From assembly GCA_051362555.1 (NCBI GenBank), contig CM120640.1, positions 48,586,788-48,650,787 of the forward strand: 64,000 nucleotides of DNA, in the 5' to 3' direction. The stretch comes from Lingula anatina (lineage: Eukaryota; Animalia; Brachiopoda). The translations under genes were made by a program, and so were the position numbers. The notes under the pieces were generated by a model. The model was not told where the DNA came from. It saw only the letters and a list, made by a program, of their open reading frames with translations, and searched no databases. Shown here in pieces: positions 1 to 13,687 of this stretch. Numbering within the stretch: the first letter of the stretch is position 1; each line of letters opens with the position of its first letter.

Positions 1-1300
1 TGAGTGGCAATGGTGTCTGCTAATGTAACAGCAGCTGTCTTTGATAAGGCCAGTCAATATTAGCTTGGCCACGGTCAACAGTTAGCGTCTGTACGTTTGA
101 TCGTAATGATTAACAATATACATGTATATATGGTTGGAATTGAGCTGTCAGTAAACACATTTACATGGTCTTTGGAGAGGTAGGCTACAGCCTATCCGAA
201 CCTATTGCGACCGTCGAAACCACTGCTTTTACCGGCAACAGGTGGTTGCAGATGCTCCAAAGTTGGTTAAAATGTGTGTGCAAATGTTATTAAATGCATT
301 CTGGTCTTTAAGGATCGAGCTGTCCGTCAGTGAAAACCATGTGATGTATGTGAATACGTGGCATCGCCCTGTGCATTTGTTATTTTGGCAAACGAAAGTC
401 AACCTTAACCCTTGGCAAACATGAACAGCTAGTAGTTTTTTTCTGTTGGCAGCCCTGTATTGATACCATTTTACTAAATTGGCACTCAATCCACATAGTT
501 TTTTTTTTCAGATTAGAATGAAATACATACATGCAACTATACTAAGTTGTATGGGACATTTGCTTCGTAATCATTGGATTGCACCCTGGTAGAAACAAGC
601 TTATAAACGCATTTGATTTCATCGGAACTCACCTGCTTATACGACTCATGTGGTGTTTCTTGTACTTTACGCGTTTCATCACCTGCTCAGAAAGTAGTGA
701 TTTTCCTGCCATTTGTCCCACTGATTATTAACGTTGACTTTTGATGTATATTCAAACAAAAAATACAACATAACATCCACTCATTAGATTTGAACTCATA
801 GTTTACTGTATCTTAATTCCAGACATTGGTATCCGTTCACTGGTTCTTTCAAGTTGTCTGATTCGCATCAATCTGAATATTTATACTAATCCAGTCAAAT
901 TGCATCCATGATAGTGAAAGTGACGAAAGAGACAAATGTACACTTTTCCCAAAACCATTTCCAAAACAAAACCCTATACTACAACGTCTATGTTCACCCA
1001 GTATGTATTTCTACCACTGGCAAATAACGTATTATCTAGAGTCAACAGAATTAGCTTTAATTTCCTTTTGCACTGCAATTCTGAGTGATTTCATCTAGGA
1101 TCGAGCCTTTATGTAATACCACTCACACGACCCGTCTTCTGCTGGCTAACCGCAAAATATGTTTAAACTGTTTGCAATATAAGTCATTGCACAGCTGCGG
1201 GCTGTCAACTGGGTCTTGGTCAGGAGGAATAGCATCAGCATTCTTTCATCAAGCTCGTTCGCAGGCGTTGGTACAGCGCTCTAATATGTTGTATGTTGTC

Positions 1301-1660
1301 AGGCATTAGTACCGTACTCCAACATGAAACCCGTCTGCAGGCATTGATACCTCACTCTAACAGCAAGCCAGTCAGCAGGCATACAGTAGGTATCGTACTC
1401 CAACATCAAGCCCGTCTGTAGGCATTGGTACCGTACTCTAACAGCAAGCCCGTCAGCAGGCATACAGTAGGTATCGTACTCCAACATCAAGCCCGTCTGT
1501 AGGCATTGGTACCGTACTCTAACAGCAAGCCCGTCAGCAGGTATAGGTACCGTACTCCAACAGCAATCCCCTCAGCAGGCATTGGTACCGTACTCTAACA
1601 GCAAACTCGTCACCAGGCATAGGTATCGTACTCCAACATCAAGCCCGTCTGCAGGCATTG
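1301..1660. repeat. Tandem minisatellite, ~81-bp higher-order unit made of two related ~38/43-bp subunits
   Basis: Repeated aggcattggtaccgtactctaacagcaagcccgtcagc / aggcatacagtaggtatcgtactccaacatcaagcccgtctgt; ggcattggta recurs at 1421 and 1502 (81-bp period). Confidence 0.9.
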
Positions 1661-4305
1661 ACAAAGCACTCTTGTATGTACATCTAGTTTGTTGTTAGTC
1701 ATTGGTACCGTACACTACTGGCTGGTTGTCAGCCGGCATTGGTCTTCATTTCTCTTACGAATCACAAAAGCCTTATCGCCATACAAGCAAAAGCTCTGCC
1801 ATCACAGTATCTCTCAGAGAAAGGAATGTGTTTGATCAATGATTTAAAATTCATTTGAATGGACATTATAACTTTTTAATCCAAAAGGTGTTTCAAGTAT
1901 ATCAATCATTTTGAAATGGGTTTGTTACTAAGGCAGTTTAGTTCTGATACGTATTTTCGCCAGGCTCTTCTTCAACTGGTATTTAAATTTTTCACTTATT
2001 TGTAAATGGTATTAATTGGGGCCTAGTACATATTTTATTCTTTGCACGGTTGGAAGATTATTTATACCATATATTACGAACTTAACTTTTTAATAACTCA
2101 AAAGTCATAGTTCAATGAAATTTCACATTTTTCTAATTCATGTTGGTTTTATTTGCACTGCTTAATTTTATTCAATAACTCTTGTAGCATCCCTGTAGCT
2201 CTCAATTAAAATAATAGTTGAAAGACTCACCATACCATTTAACTGTATGATGTTAAATTTTATTTAAAGTGATAGGTAACTCTTGAGTATAGACATCTAG
2301 TTAGTAAGTTCATTCATCCACCCGATATTCCGAAATGAATTGTATCTTTTCTTTTGCAGACTAGAATACTTTACAACAATTTCAATTTAATGGTATTGAG
2401 ACTTTAATAATATGTTACTATCAAAGGTTTAAACTCACCAAATATAGCCTTGATACTTCTTTTTCTTCTTGACATTACAGTTAGCAGCAGAGGGGTTGCG
2501 CCAGAGAAGTGATGCCATGACAAATGAAAGCGCATGTAGAAATTCTCAATGCAAACTCTTTATTCCACTGCAGTGTATCTGAACGTCTTGTTATGGATTG
2601 TATCACATCGAAGATAATGACACACAGCTCGTCTCAACGTTTTCAGAGCACTATTAGAAATATGTATACGCTGATGTGCTAGATATACAGTTTTAATCAC
2701 TTTCTATTTCCTAACGCAGGTGGTTGACGTTAGTTTCCGGGCGTTTTTAGTTTGTGAAGCTGGACTAAACGAGCTCGATGATAGTTGTAGTTTAAAGCCA
2801 GATGGAAGTCGATCCTCATATCGTCAAGAAGATCTGTCCTGGAAAAGATACTTGTTACTCGTCTATGTACATATAGACATTAATAAACGTAAGGTCTGTT
2901 TCGATTAAGTTAGATGTAAAAAAATCTATTTACATCACCTGTGCCCATGAAGTATAATTTCGTTATCTTATTCCGTTCTAGCTATCATTTCCTTTGAATA
3001 TCTCAGTGTCCACGCAGCCAAATTGCTTCCTTTATAAATGCGACGAAATGACCATCCGTATAATTAATTTATATGATATGTGGTGCGTGCTTCCTTATCA
3101 TTAAGACTTGTCCTTTCACAGACCAGCTACTTGCAGTCAGTCGATTCCTTTGAAGTGACCGTCCTTGGATGTAAAACATACACACATGGACACACATACA
3201 CACAGACATGTATCTGATGGTTATTGCGCAACGAAGAGATCGACCACGAGAACAAAACCGCTTACATTTACAACTAACGAGATACATGCATGTCTTTAAC
3301 GCTTCAACATATGACAAGAGGATCTCGTATTTAATTCATCATCTGAATTATGCTTCCTGTCTCCCATGAGATACTGTATGTTAAGATTCCAAGAAGTCAG
3401 GATTCGAGAGTGAGCGGTTACGCAAATAACGCCTCTTCGATCATTTATGCAAATGAGTTTCACCATTTTAATGGACAGACATCCGAAGACGGCTGTCGTA
3501 ACAGTAGCATGTTAATAATGCGTTCTTGCGGGGAATGTACATACATAAAAGGTGTACGCAATGAACTTGGTCTCAATTATGGTAATTTAATTTCAAATCA
3601 ACTATAAACTGTCTTAACTATCTCCGCTCATGTGCGCCTTTTCTTGAGACATTAATTAAAATATCAAATTCTGTAAGATAACGTTGATTACTGTAACGTA
3701 CTGGTATATACTGGTTGAGAGGTGATTATATATATTTTAAAACGTTATTTTATAATGGGCGATGTGAGCCATTGCTGGAGAAGCATTCCCTTAAAGCATT
3801 CCGTACAAGAGAAAGAGTAAAATAGGGATGTAAGTATTGATTTGATAAAAATGGAATGTCCGTACGTGTGCATATCTGCTACATAGCCTGATCTTGGCAG
3901 ATGCCCTGCGTAATGAGGTTATGCCTCACAAATTCATGCTAATTTACCAAAGGATTATAGCTGAAGCTTTGGATTTATCCCCGTGTGAATTATGGTCAAA
4001 TGTTTGTTATAAATTTAGAACGCCTTAAACAATGGCATGATTCTATAAGATGAAAAAAATGACCACAGAACAGGGAAATGCTTCAAAATCTCAGTCAGGG
4101 TAAAATGCTTAAATCTGCCTTTGATCTTGCTATCGGGTATGTAAAAACTACTGATGTGGTCAATTACCACGCCAAAAAAAGTCTTTCAGGTAGACAGAGA
4201 GACTGACGGGCTGTATTATACAATTCAGTTTTTACATAAGTGTCTCGGAGAGTTATAGGTTAGAGCACTAGGCCTTTTGCCCAAGACGTAAACTTTACTG
4301 ATTCT

Positions 4306-4531
4306 ATTTAAATTATTGTTTTTCTTTTTATCAAGAGCTTATAAAATATGTAGGTTTTACCTCCAATATTTCTGTGACTGTCAGTTACCATCATCAGGGA
4401 GTAAATGACTAGGGTCATTTCACCTGGAATGAAAATCCAGGTCAATTGCCCCTAATCAGTCACAGAAATATTGGAAGTAAAACCTACATATTTTATAAGC
4501 TCTTGATAAAAAGAAAAACAATAATTTAAAT
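4306..4531. mobile_element. 75-bp inverted repeat (4306-4380 / 4457-4531), probable Penelope-like element pseudo-LTR relic
   Basis: The arms are reverse complements with one mismatch; the left arm plus spacer carries a CTGATGA...GAAA hammerhead core on the minus strand, as in Penelope-like element ends. Confidence 0.55.
4355..4405 (-). ncRNA. Minimal hammerhead ribozyme motif (Penelope type, degenerate)
   Basis: Minus strand reads tttactcc-CTGATGA-tggtaactgacagtcaca-GAAA-tat-t-ggaggtaaa. Stem I is ctcc/ggag, stem II is imperfect, stem III is the palindromic minimal ATAT, and the cleavage triplet is AUU. Confidence 0.5.
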
Positions 4532-5279
4532 TGATACATACAGAGCTAATGAAACTCTTCTCTCATTTACTGATTCTTATTGAAAAATTTGTACAATTGT
4601 GGACCATGAATTTATGAACATAAATATGATAAAATACTTTTCCTTGGGAATTTTCGATGTGTCATAGTTTGTTGTCATAAGAAATTTGGGAAGTAGGGGA
4701 AATTTTTTCTTGTGGGAAATCTGCCAGGCAACCACATTAATAACTTTGAAGGTCGACGAGAGCCACGAAGTGGAAGGGAGCCAATACCAATTTGCTTGCT
4801 TTGCCAACCTTTCACGAAAGCGACTGTCCGCCACCATGATGTATACTCTATTTTTATAAATAAACTGACAACATGCTGCATGGTGACCGAGGTTTTTTAC
4901 ACGTTCCCAGCTGTAATTTACTGTTTTGTCATAAAATCAAATCACGGAATTATGTGGCAGCCAATATTGAAAGTACAATTTACGCTTCAATTTAGGCTGA
5001 CACAATCAAAAAAAGGTGTCAACAATAATGACTTCAACCATCTGTCTATCACAGATTTTTTTATATAGCCACGCATTTTCATAATTTGAACTTCTAACTA
5101 TATGCCAAGTATACATGTATAAAGACTCGAACGCTTCTTATGAGGCACGAGGCACTGACGTGCAGTCGAGAACACATGCTAAGTTTTAGAATTGCCACAA
5201 TGTGGTTGCATATACTGCATTTATTGAATTCATATGCTGCATTTATCGGAAAAATTTATTTTCATTCCAATCGTTTTTG

Positions 5280-5307
5280 CCCCCCCCCCCCCCCCCCCCC
5301 CCCCCCC
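5280..5307. repeat. Poly-C tract
   Basis: 28 consecutive C. Confidence 0.95.
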
Positions 5308-8300
5308 GATCCAATCGAGGTACAAATTCAAATGTAACAAGTACTACTATATTAGATTACGGCTCAGCTACCCTAGAGACACTGTTACACGACACTTTAC
5401 ATAGACTTCTCAGCCACACTGCGTTTGCCGGAAAGACATTTCTTTTGATGCGTCCTCACAAACTAATGTGTTGAATATTCATTGCAACTCATTGTGATAA
5501 GCCTCTGTCTTCCTTCAATTATTACATATATCAAGTGAAAGTATAGTTAGGAGGTTCTTGAATTTCTTTTCTGCTTATCGAACACTGAAAGTACGTGACC
5601 TTCTTAAGTGAGGCATCTTGGTCAGACACCTTAGGGTATATATGGGCAGTACCGGGTAAATAAAACCCGGGTTTCAGTATGCAAAACAAAAATGTAAATC
5701 ATTGTTGTCAGAAATCTCCCTTTATTGTACAAGCAATGCATATATATCTATCGACCATTGAGTCAATAAGGCACGGTCTTCACGTTTTTGTTTCGCTGTC
5801 GATCTCCACTGCCAAGAAACGGCAACTAACAAAAGAAATAAAGCCTTTCTTTTCAATATTTTGACAGATGTGACGTTCTCATTGACTACCATTATGAGGG
5901 GCATTTGCGGAAAAAACAATGGTTACAAAAACACGATGGGTATTATTGATATCTCTCGCCTCTGATTTATATCTCTTTTCCGTCAGCTATCGTAACTCTA
6001 TCGTCGCAAATAATGATAGCCATCGAGTTGCATTGGAGGCCCTAAGGTGTCTTAGTTTAAAGAAGCTGATCAGATCAATTTTTTAAATGTTTAGCAGGAT
6101 ATGTACAGTAGGCCTACAAAAGAATCAATTAAACGTCAACTTCTCGATTCTCTTACTTTCTTTTACTTTCTTTCTATTTTGAATTATAAATACTATAATC
6201 ATTATTATTTGATAAAGTACTGTAATGAAAGGAACTTCAAACATGATTTCAGTTTAACCATCGTAAGGCCATACTGAGTTAAGCCATAACGTTAACCAAA
6301 GTGATGACATTGTTTTCTGCATAGAACAGACGGACAGAGGAATCTTTAAAAAAATGCAATTTTATTCCAATTAATTGATTGAATTTGAGATTTCGTATAT
6401 TTGACACACATGGCTATTGGTGAAGACTGCCATTGTGATTTCTATTTCCATGTCATAAACTAAATAGTGCATAGGGCCAAGCTGAAGATATAATATAACA
6501 TTTTCATAATGCCCACGTGATAAACGCCACGTCTAATTATCTTGATTTATGTGGAAATAAGCAGCACTGCATCTTGTCTTTCCATCGCCTAATTCCTACC
6601 GTAGTATTGTTATCTGAGTGTGCCCCGCAATTTTTATCTGTATGTTCTCTCAAACGATGCTGTCTGGTATTATCTCTTCTACCATTGTAGAACGTTAAGC
6701 AATGGCAGCAGTAGTAACCGGTGAAGCAGTAACTCTTGGCCGCAGGAGTTGTCGCCATCTGTCCTGTCAAAATATTTTCTAGGACAGATTGAAGTTATCT
6801 TTGATTTGTCCCTCTGCCAAGATTCTATGTACCAGAGAAACGTTCTTACCACATATAGCAGGAATAGTTGTAGAAATAAATTAGGTGTGATGGATTGAAA
6901 TGTAGAGGCGCTGGGATTTGTATTAAACCCATTTTTATCTAAAAAAAATCTGCACTGTTTCAACTTGATTAAAAAAAATTAGTCAATCTTATTATCTGGC
7001 ATTCCCAATCATACGTCGTCATAAGCTGAGTAAAACTTAAATGATTGCGACAAAATGTGCTGTTTTGCTCATCTACTGCAATTTTACGCGAAAACCTGTC
7101 ACAACAATAAACAGATATTGGCATTGACTATATATATATAGGCTTGGTTTTATACCTGGAATCTGATGACTTACGGTGTTTATTGTATTTTTTTATGATT
7201 CACGAGCTTGCCTGCTCTGTATTCCTTTCCGATAGGGAGATCTTCTTGCAGATTTTTCACTGTCGTCCAACAAATTACCCTTTTAATGAGGGAGTGAAGG
7301 TTAGCGGGATCGGTCGATGAATTCAAGGTTGTTCTGACATGCTACACAATATATAACACTAAATGCGCAGGGAGGGAATGGTTGGGTTTCCTGCTGGCCA
7401 CGGACGATCGTTTAGTGAATCTAAATGACGACTATAATCCACGATAGACAACCATTATAAAAGTTTTTTTTGTGAACAGATTCAATAAAATCGCAATACA
7501 CCATAAAGCCATTAGTATACTATAGTCTAAGAAACAGATACATTGGTCTCCGTGGCAATCAAGTTCGACAATATTGCGATATTATAAAGATGAAATGGAA
7601 ACAACGATTAAATGACTTTCAGAAGAAAGCTATCTATAAAAACAGGACTGTTCATGGGACACAAATTCCGCCCACCACAGCAACGTCTCGATCTTACAAT
7701 TGAATAGATGAAAAAGTCGATTTTTAAGGTCTCTCCATATTTTTATTTAAGTGGAAACTGTAAGTCTTTTCCTTGCCAATTTGATAATCAAAAATGGCGA
7801 CGTGAAGCAAAAAGAAAATTACTAAGATTAAATTATCAGGTCGAGATTCATAAACACCACCCTGGATACACATGAATCAGCCATATGTTGCTTGAAAAAA
7901 ATTAACCTTGATATATGTTTGCAGTTTAAGCGTAAAACCACGGGATACAATGGCTAACTAATAAAAAATGAAGATGTAGTTTGGGCGATGGAAGTTTTTA
8001 CCATTAAAAAATACCCTCCCCAAAGTTGTATATAATTATCTGAAGTGTTGATACTTGAACACTGTGTAATTCCTATACTTATACGGAAGTGGACGACGAG
8101 TCAAGTGCATGTAGACGTATTTTGAAAGGTCTGTTTTTGAATGTTTGATATATGATACATGTATATCTATACAGAAAGTGGAACTAAATAAACTGGGGAT
8201 TATGCCATTTCAGATAAAACCCCGCTTTATTTTGCAATCTTTAAATAAAACGTGCAGGATATCCAGACAGGATGAACTGACTGCTATTCCGGTTTGGAAT

Positions 8301-9684
8301 AAAACGATGTTTCTTTTACAGTCCCACATGAATGGGTCGGATATTAAACAAGCAAATGTTTTTTTTCCGTATATCATATCATATTAGATTGGAAATCGAT
8401 ACAAACAATTGTAAAAAAGAAGGTTGGGGTGATACTACAGTAGGATTTGGGGGGATGGGTCAGTCTGGAACAAAACATTCCCTTTGATTTAGATATGCAC
8501 ATTTGAAGTTCATGATTAGAGTAAGGTGAAATGCAAAATGGCGAAAGGAGTGAGTGATATAGCACCCCATATAGTAGCACTCGGGATCTCAACGTTCACT
8601 TATGTATAACATATGTTGAGTGTTAAAGAAAAAAATCACTGAGGCCATGATAAATCCTCATGCTATGCAGTTGCGTAGAAAAATCCTTACTAAAAAGCTC
8701 CACGTACAATTTAGCAAAGAAATTTTAGGGGTCCATTCTAAGACCTGTGGGGTACATTCTAAGGGTATGTTTTAGGGTTACATTCTAAAACCAGTGCTGG
8801 GGGAGCTGGAAGTCTATTATTCCATGCTTAAATACAGACTGAAATTGTTAACCTATGGAATAAGATAATTTTCATGTTATAGCCTTATGAAGTAATCATG
8901 CCTATTTCCAAAAGTAGTCTCACTAGAGACATTTCCAAAATTGGTCTCACACATTTTTTCTGGAGTTACATAACAAAGCCAGCGCAACTGCTAGGTCTTG
9001 TTAACACCTTTGAGAAAAAAAAAACTAAGATAGGAATTTAGTGCTAAATGACAGGCCGACCTACTGGCTCAGTAAAAGATACGCACTTACATGTATAAGC
9101 CAATCAAATTTTGTAATAGTAAAGACATAAGACATTTGATTGAAAGAGATATCTGGCTTCTTTCTAACATCTGTAATTGCCAGACTTAGAACTAGTGCTT
9201 CCAACTTGATTCTTGACAGAGAGCGCTATGGCAGCTACGAGTATTTAAAAACATATACAACTTGAAAAGCGTGTATGACCATTGTGTAAAGTGTAAGTAG
9301 ATGAGCCACACTTCAAGTTCTGTTGTAACAAATACACATTTGAGAGGCATGGTTAAAATGCATTAATGAAAATGTATTCCCAACTTTTTGTACATAAGTG
9401 GCAATGAGAAATGTTTTGTTACGCTGTATGCTAACAATTAAGGACATACCGGTACAAGCCTGGCTAAGTATGGGCCATTTTAATACTTAAAAGTAGCAAA
9501 ATGTTAATGACAAACACTTTGGAATATACAATAGGATTTCCTACGAGGGAATCTAGTCCCCAGTAAGGCCCATTCCATATTACAATAATAAATCGTTCGA
9601 TTGACAAAGATCAACAATAGATCTAGATAAATGATACACCAATAAAGTTTACAATAGGAGTTTGCGTCTCAGTATATGACCTAA

Positions 9685-10130
9685 ACCGGATGGCCTTGTG
9701 GTCAGATTGTCCACCTCCGGTTTCAAACCATTCCGGGGAAATACCAGTACTTTATTTATAGTTGCTATATGAGCAGATAGGAAGAAATTATTTGCTCGGT
9801 TCAATAATTGGTTGGTGTTGGTGGCGAGAGCGGGAGTCACCCTGTGATGCTCGAGCAATAACACCTTGATAACCGAGCGGCGCGATAAATTGTTAAAATA
9901 CTGAGATGGATACTTGAGCGAGGTTGACAATTATTGAAGGTGGGGTCATATAAACGATCACTGTCTTCCCGCTTGGCACTCAGCACTTATGTTGAAGCAG
10001 GGGCAATTTCATGGCGTGGCAGCGAGAGACATTGTTCGTGTGTTAGTTTTGAGCTATACGGCAGCCGGGCTGTATTCTCCCGAGGGAATCGAGAGCGTCA
10101 CCACCTAGTATCGATATTGACCAGGTGCCC
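9685..10130 (+). mobile_element. Degraded tRNA-derived SINE-like relic(s)
   Basis: A-box-like ccggatggccttgtggtcag at ~9686, core-like cccgcttggcactcagcac at ~9968, and ggcagccgggctgtattctccc...tgaccagg, which recurs in diverged form at ~56861-56931; followed by (TA)n. Confidence 0.45.
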
Positions 10131-10165
<35 letters not shown>

Positions 10166-12537
10166 TATGTACAACTTCAACCCAATGGGTTGCAATTTCG
10201 TTATAAAGTTATTATTATTATAACAAGATAAAACAAAAAGCCTATCTATTGTAACTAAAATTTTATTTTGGTAGCATTTACATCTACAATGCATACTTTG
10301 CCTTCCTACTTAAACCCGTTGTTGGATGGACCTCCCATTGAAGTGTTTTGCGTTTGTGTCAGAATCATATATAGAAATTCGTACAATATTAGAAAACACT
10401 TAATGAAAATATTCTTGTGTGGCTGCCTTTTTATACATAACGGAATACCCAGGGTGTCTGACTTTACTGCATTGGTGCATTTTTGACTCTGCTTCCTATG
10501 GAGCGTTGGCATATTCAAATTTATGATCTTGGCTATGTGGCAGGAATTTTCCAGACTGAAGTATACGACTTTTACACACTCAACTTTTTCATAGAGTGGA
10601 AAATTAACTTTACACAGAATCGTTTTCTTAAAAGGGAAACAAAGTTTTTATAAAATTCATTTATACATAGGCTTTTTTGTTTCTTGTTACCGGAAAAAAA
10701 TAAGTTATTGCTCCCTGAAAAATCAAGTTGTTTCCCTTTCTTGATAATTTATTTCTATAACATACTATAGCAAAGCATGGCACAGCATACACGTAACATA
10801 ACATAACATGACATAACATAACATAACTGGGTTATATGACTGTTGCACATATCTACATATTATCCAACTCTTTATTCGTTGAAATAGATGTTAACAGTGA
10901 GGGTATACTTCGTAAACGCTGTTGGGTGGAAGGCGCAGTCGTTTCTTTTCTAAGTTTCATTATCGTAAGCGTTTCGTAAAGGTCAGTTGAAAGATGTGCT
11001 GTCATTGGTCATCAGTGATATTACTGTGTACAACAGGAAGGTGACCACTTGCCCTTGGGCTTTGAATTAGAATAGACTAGAATTGCCACGCCCACCACTC
11101 CAACCCTCTGGATTCAAAAGGCCTTGCATGTCACCAATGAACTGTAATTATACATGTAGATATCACTCCCAGTAATCAGGTCGTTGCTTTCCTTTCTTGC
11201 AATTTTACAGAGCGCTACAGGGACAACAACTCACTTTAAACGGACTATCCTTATGACGTTCAATCTGCCAAACGGTGAACGAAACCCCTGAGGTTGTCAA
11301 AACGTGCCTTCAGGTCTGATAACAGGATGGTCATTAAAGAATGAGTGGAGCAAGTCAAGGTTTATGAGTCATTCTCATAACCACATTTTTCATACAAATA
11401 TTGTGGTGAATAATGTTTCCACTTCGTCTGACTTTATTACTTTTCCTCTCTGCAATCAATCTACATATACAAACAGATAGCGCACCGATTCAAGATGAAT
11501 GAAATGGACCTTCCATTGAAGTGCTTTGCGTTAATGTTAGAAGTCATCAATAGATATTCGTGCAATATTAAACGAATAGTTGGTCATAGAGACCAGCTCG
11601 ATGAAACGCTGTCTGGAATCCTTGGATTTTGATCGGCAAGTAAAATAATTGCCATGTAAATGCTAAGTGGTTGGAAACTGTGTGTATCAGAAGTCATTTA
11701 ATGAAGATAGGCACATTGAGTCCAAATAATGTAGAAAGCTGTATATGTCTTATAGCCCTTAAACGATAATAACTGTAGTAATAGTAACAATATTAAGAAT
11801 TATACTGTTCATTAGCAGCAGCACCACGTGTCTAAAAGAAGCACCATTTTCACCATCTAACACGAACAACGCGTTCAACAGCATCGCCTTCATAACAAAA
11901 GTTCATAAGCAATACAGAAAAGGTGAAACCCCAAAACATCTTTGCAATTAGACTTGATGCTGTACAACGGCTAGAAACAAATAATACTAATCTACCCGTT
12001 GTATTTGGTTTAGTTGTTTTTATGGATAGTTAGTGCTGCATTTGATCTGCCTGTCGAGTGTATTGCATGTTGAACAGGTAATTTTCCAAAGATCTGTGTA
12101 TTGTTATGAAGTGGTCTGATCCCCTGCACTAATTCAAAGCCGAGTAATTTAAGTCCAATTTGATTATTGCTTCTCCCAACTGCTCTTATGCCTTGTGCCT
12201 AATTGTTAGAGAGGAAACCTTAAACACGCTGCCGTGAATCACAAAGGAAAACGGTCGTGACTGACGTCATCCAACAGAATAAAGTGAAATAACGTGTATA
12301 TCACTGAAAGTAAACTATCATTGGCCGCTATAATGAACTGGGTAAACCCTTATTTAGAGTCACAGAATGTGAAAAATATGATGTTCGGGTGTTATTAGGA
12401 TGGAAAAGCGTGTGACCTCCATTTTGCAAAGAAGGGGCAAATGAGGCGGCGCCTTTATGACATTACCTTGTAATTCCCATCTACAGCACGTGTTGATGAA
12501 TACTGCCATAGTTCGGTTAGATTATGAGTATAGGACA

Positions 12538-12540
<3 letters not shown>

Positions 12541-12574
<34 letters not shown>
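12541..12574. repeat. (CT)n microsatellite
   Basis: Direct reading. Confidence 0.95.
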
Positions 12575-12577
<3 letters not shown>

Positions 12578-12639
12578 CAGATGATTTTGAAATTTTGCAT
12601 ACAAGTAGCTAATTTAACGGTGCGTGAACTGAACAAAGA

Positions 12640-13560
12640 GCAAGAATTGCGCGAAACTGACAGACATTGCCAGACTGATTATTATGTCACAAGAAACGAC
12701 AGGCACAGTCCTACACAAGTATGCCCAGACTGGTGTACCTACGCAGAGGCCACACCTAGGACATCAACAACCTACCACCAGGTAACGAAACCCGTAGTTG
12801 TTACGGTTTTGCTGCTACAACTAAACAAAGGTAACCAGCTCTATTCAGGCACTTTGAGAGCGCCAGACAAGTTTTGGAAGGTTATTTTACCAGACAACTT
12901 CTGAGAAATCTACTATTAACAGCACAACGCCGTCGTCTATTTCTTAAATGTGTTGGGAACCATCACAGTTGTGGGTACAAGATTGGAATTGAGTGACTTT
13001 TGTAAGGTCAGATTCCATCAGTACCGCCAAGGTGGTCAAACTTGAGTTCATGGTCATCCTAATGAGGCGTATGAAAAAGCGTGTCGCTCCTTGAGTGACA
13101 ACAGCGGTATTTCGGGTGGAATTTACATTGGTGCCAAAACACCAATGGTTTTCATCGATGGAAACTTGAACCACGTCAAATACAGGAATATTCTGGATCC
13201 ACTTGCCTGTATTCTTTGGATGGCACCATTTTATTGGCACAATTTTATTTTACAATATGAAAATGCCCGTCCACACAGAGCCTTTGTATTTGCAAATTGC
13301 TTGGAGAACTAAGGGAATGAACAGCTACCGCTGCCATCATGATCGCCAGATTTGAACCCTAAAGACAATCTGTAGGTAGTAATTTCCTGCCTAACCAACG
13401 GCCTACTGGCCCTACAGCAAACCTGAAAAAATGGACAAGCTCTGGTCGATGCCTGGCATTTTATTCCAGATCAAACTTTAAAAAACTTGTCAAAAGGAAT
13501 GTCTTCCCGCTTGAGTCCTGATAGCTGAAAGATAGGATCAGGCGCACCAGTGACCGCTGG
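12640..13560 (+). mobile_element. Tc1/mariner transposase relic (pseudogenised)
   Basis: ORF 13091-13312 GGIYIGAKTPMVFIDGNLN..KYRNIL..FILQYENARPHRA matches the Tc1 DDE region (WGGI..KTPLV.IDGNLN; FQQDNARPH). It is followed by SPDLNPKDNL* (decayed SPDLNPIE), with stops and frameshifts. Confidence 0.85.
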
Positions 13561-13622
13561 TGTGACTAGACACTGATATGAGCGTCCTTTGTGAGGCGTA
13601 TAACACTTTCACAGATGATAAT

Positions 13623-13684
<62 letters not shown>
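13623..13684. repeat. Compound (TA)n(GA)n microsatellite
   Basis: Direct reading. Confidence 0.95.

Positions 13685-13687
<3 letters not shown>

Noticed and set aside
1301-1660. Regularly spaced repeats resembling a CRISPR array
   Set aside because: No unique spacers, eukaryotic context and no cas genes; it is a minisatellite.
5140-5474. Poly-proline ORFs, and similar IYIY/SLSL/NNNN ORFs elsewhere in the track
   Set aside because: Translations of homopolymers and microsatellites.
9685-9740. Possible tRNA gene
   Set aside because: Only an A-box-like start; no cloverleaf can be folded, so it is treated as a SINE relic.
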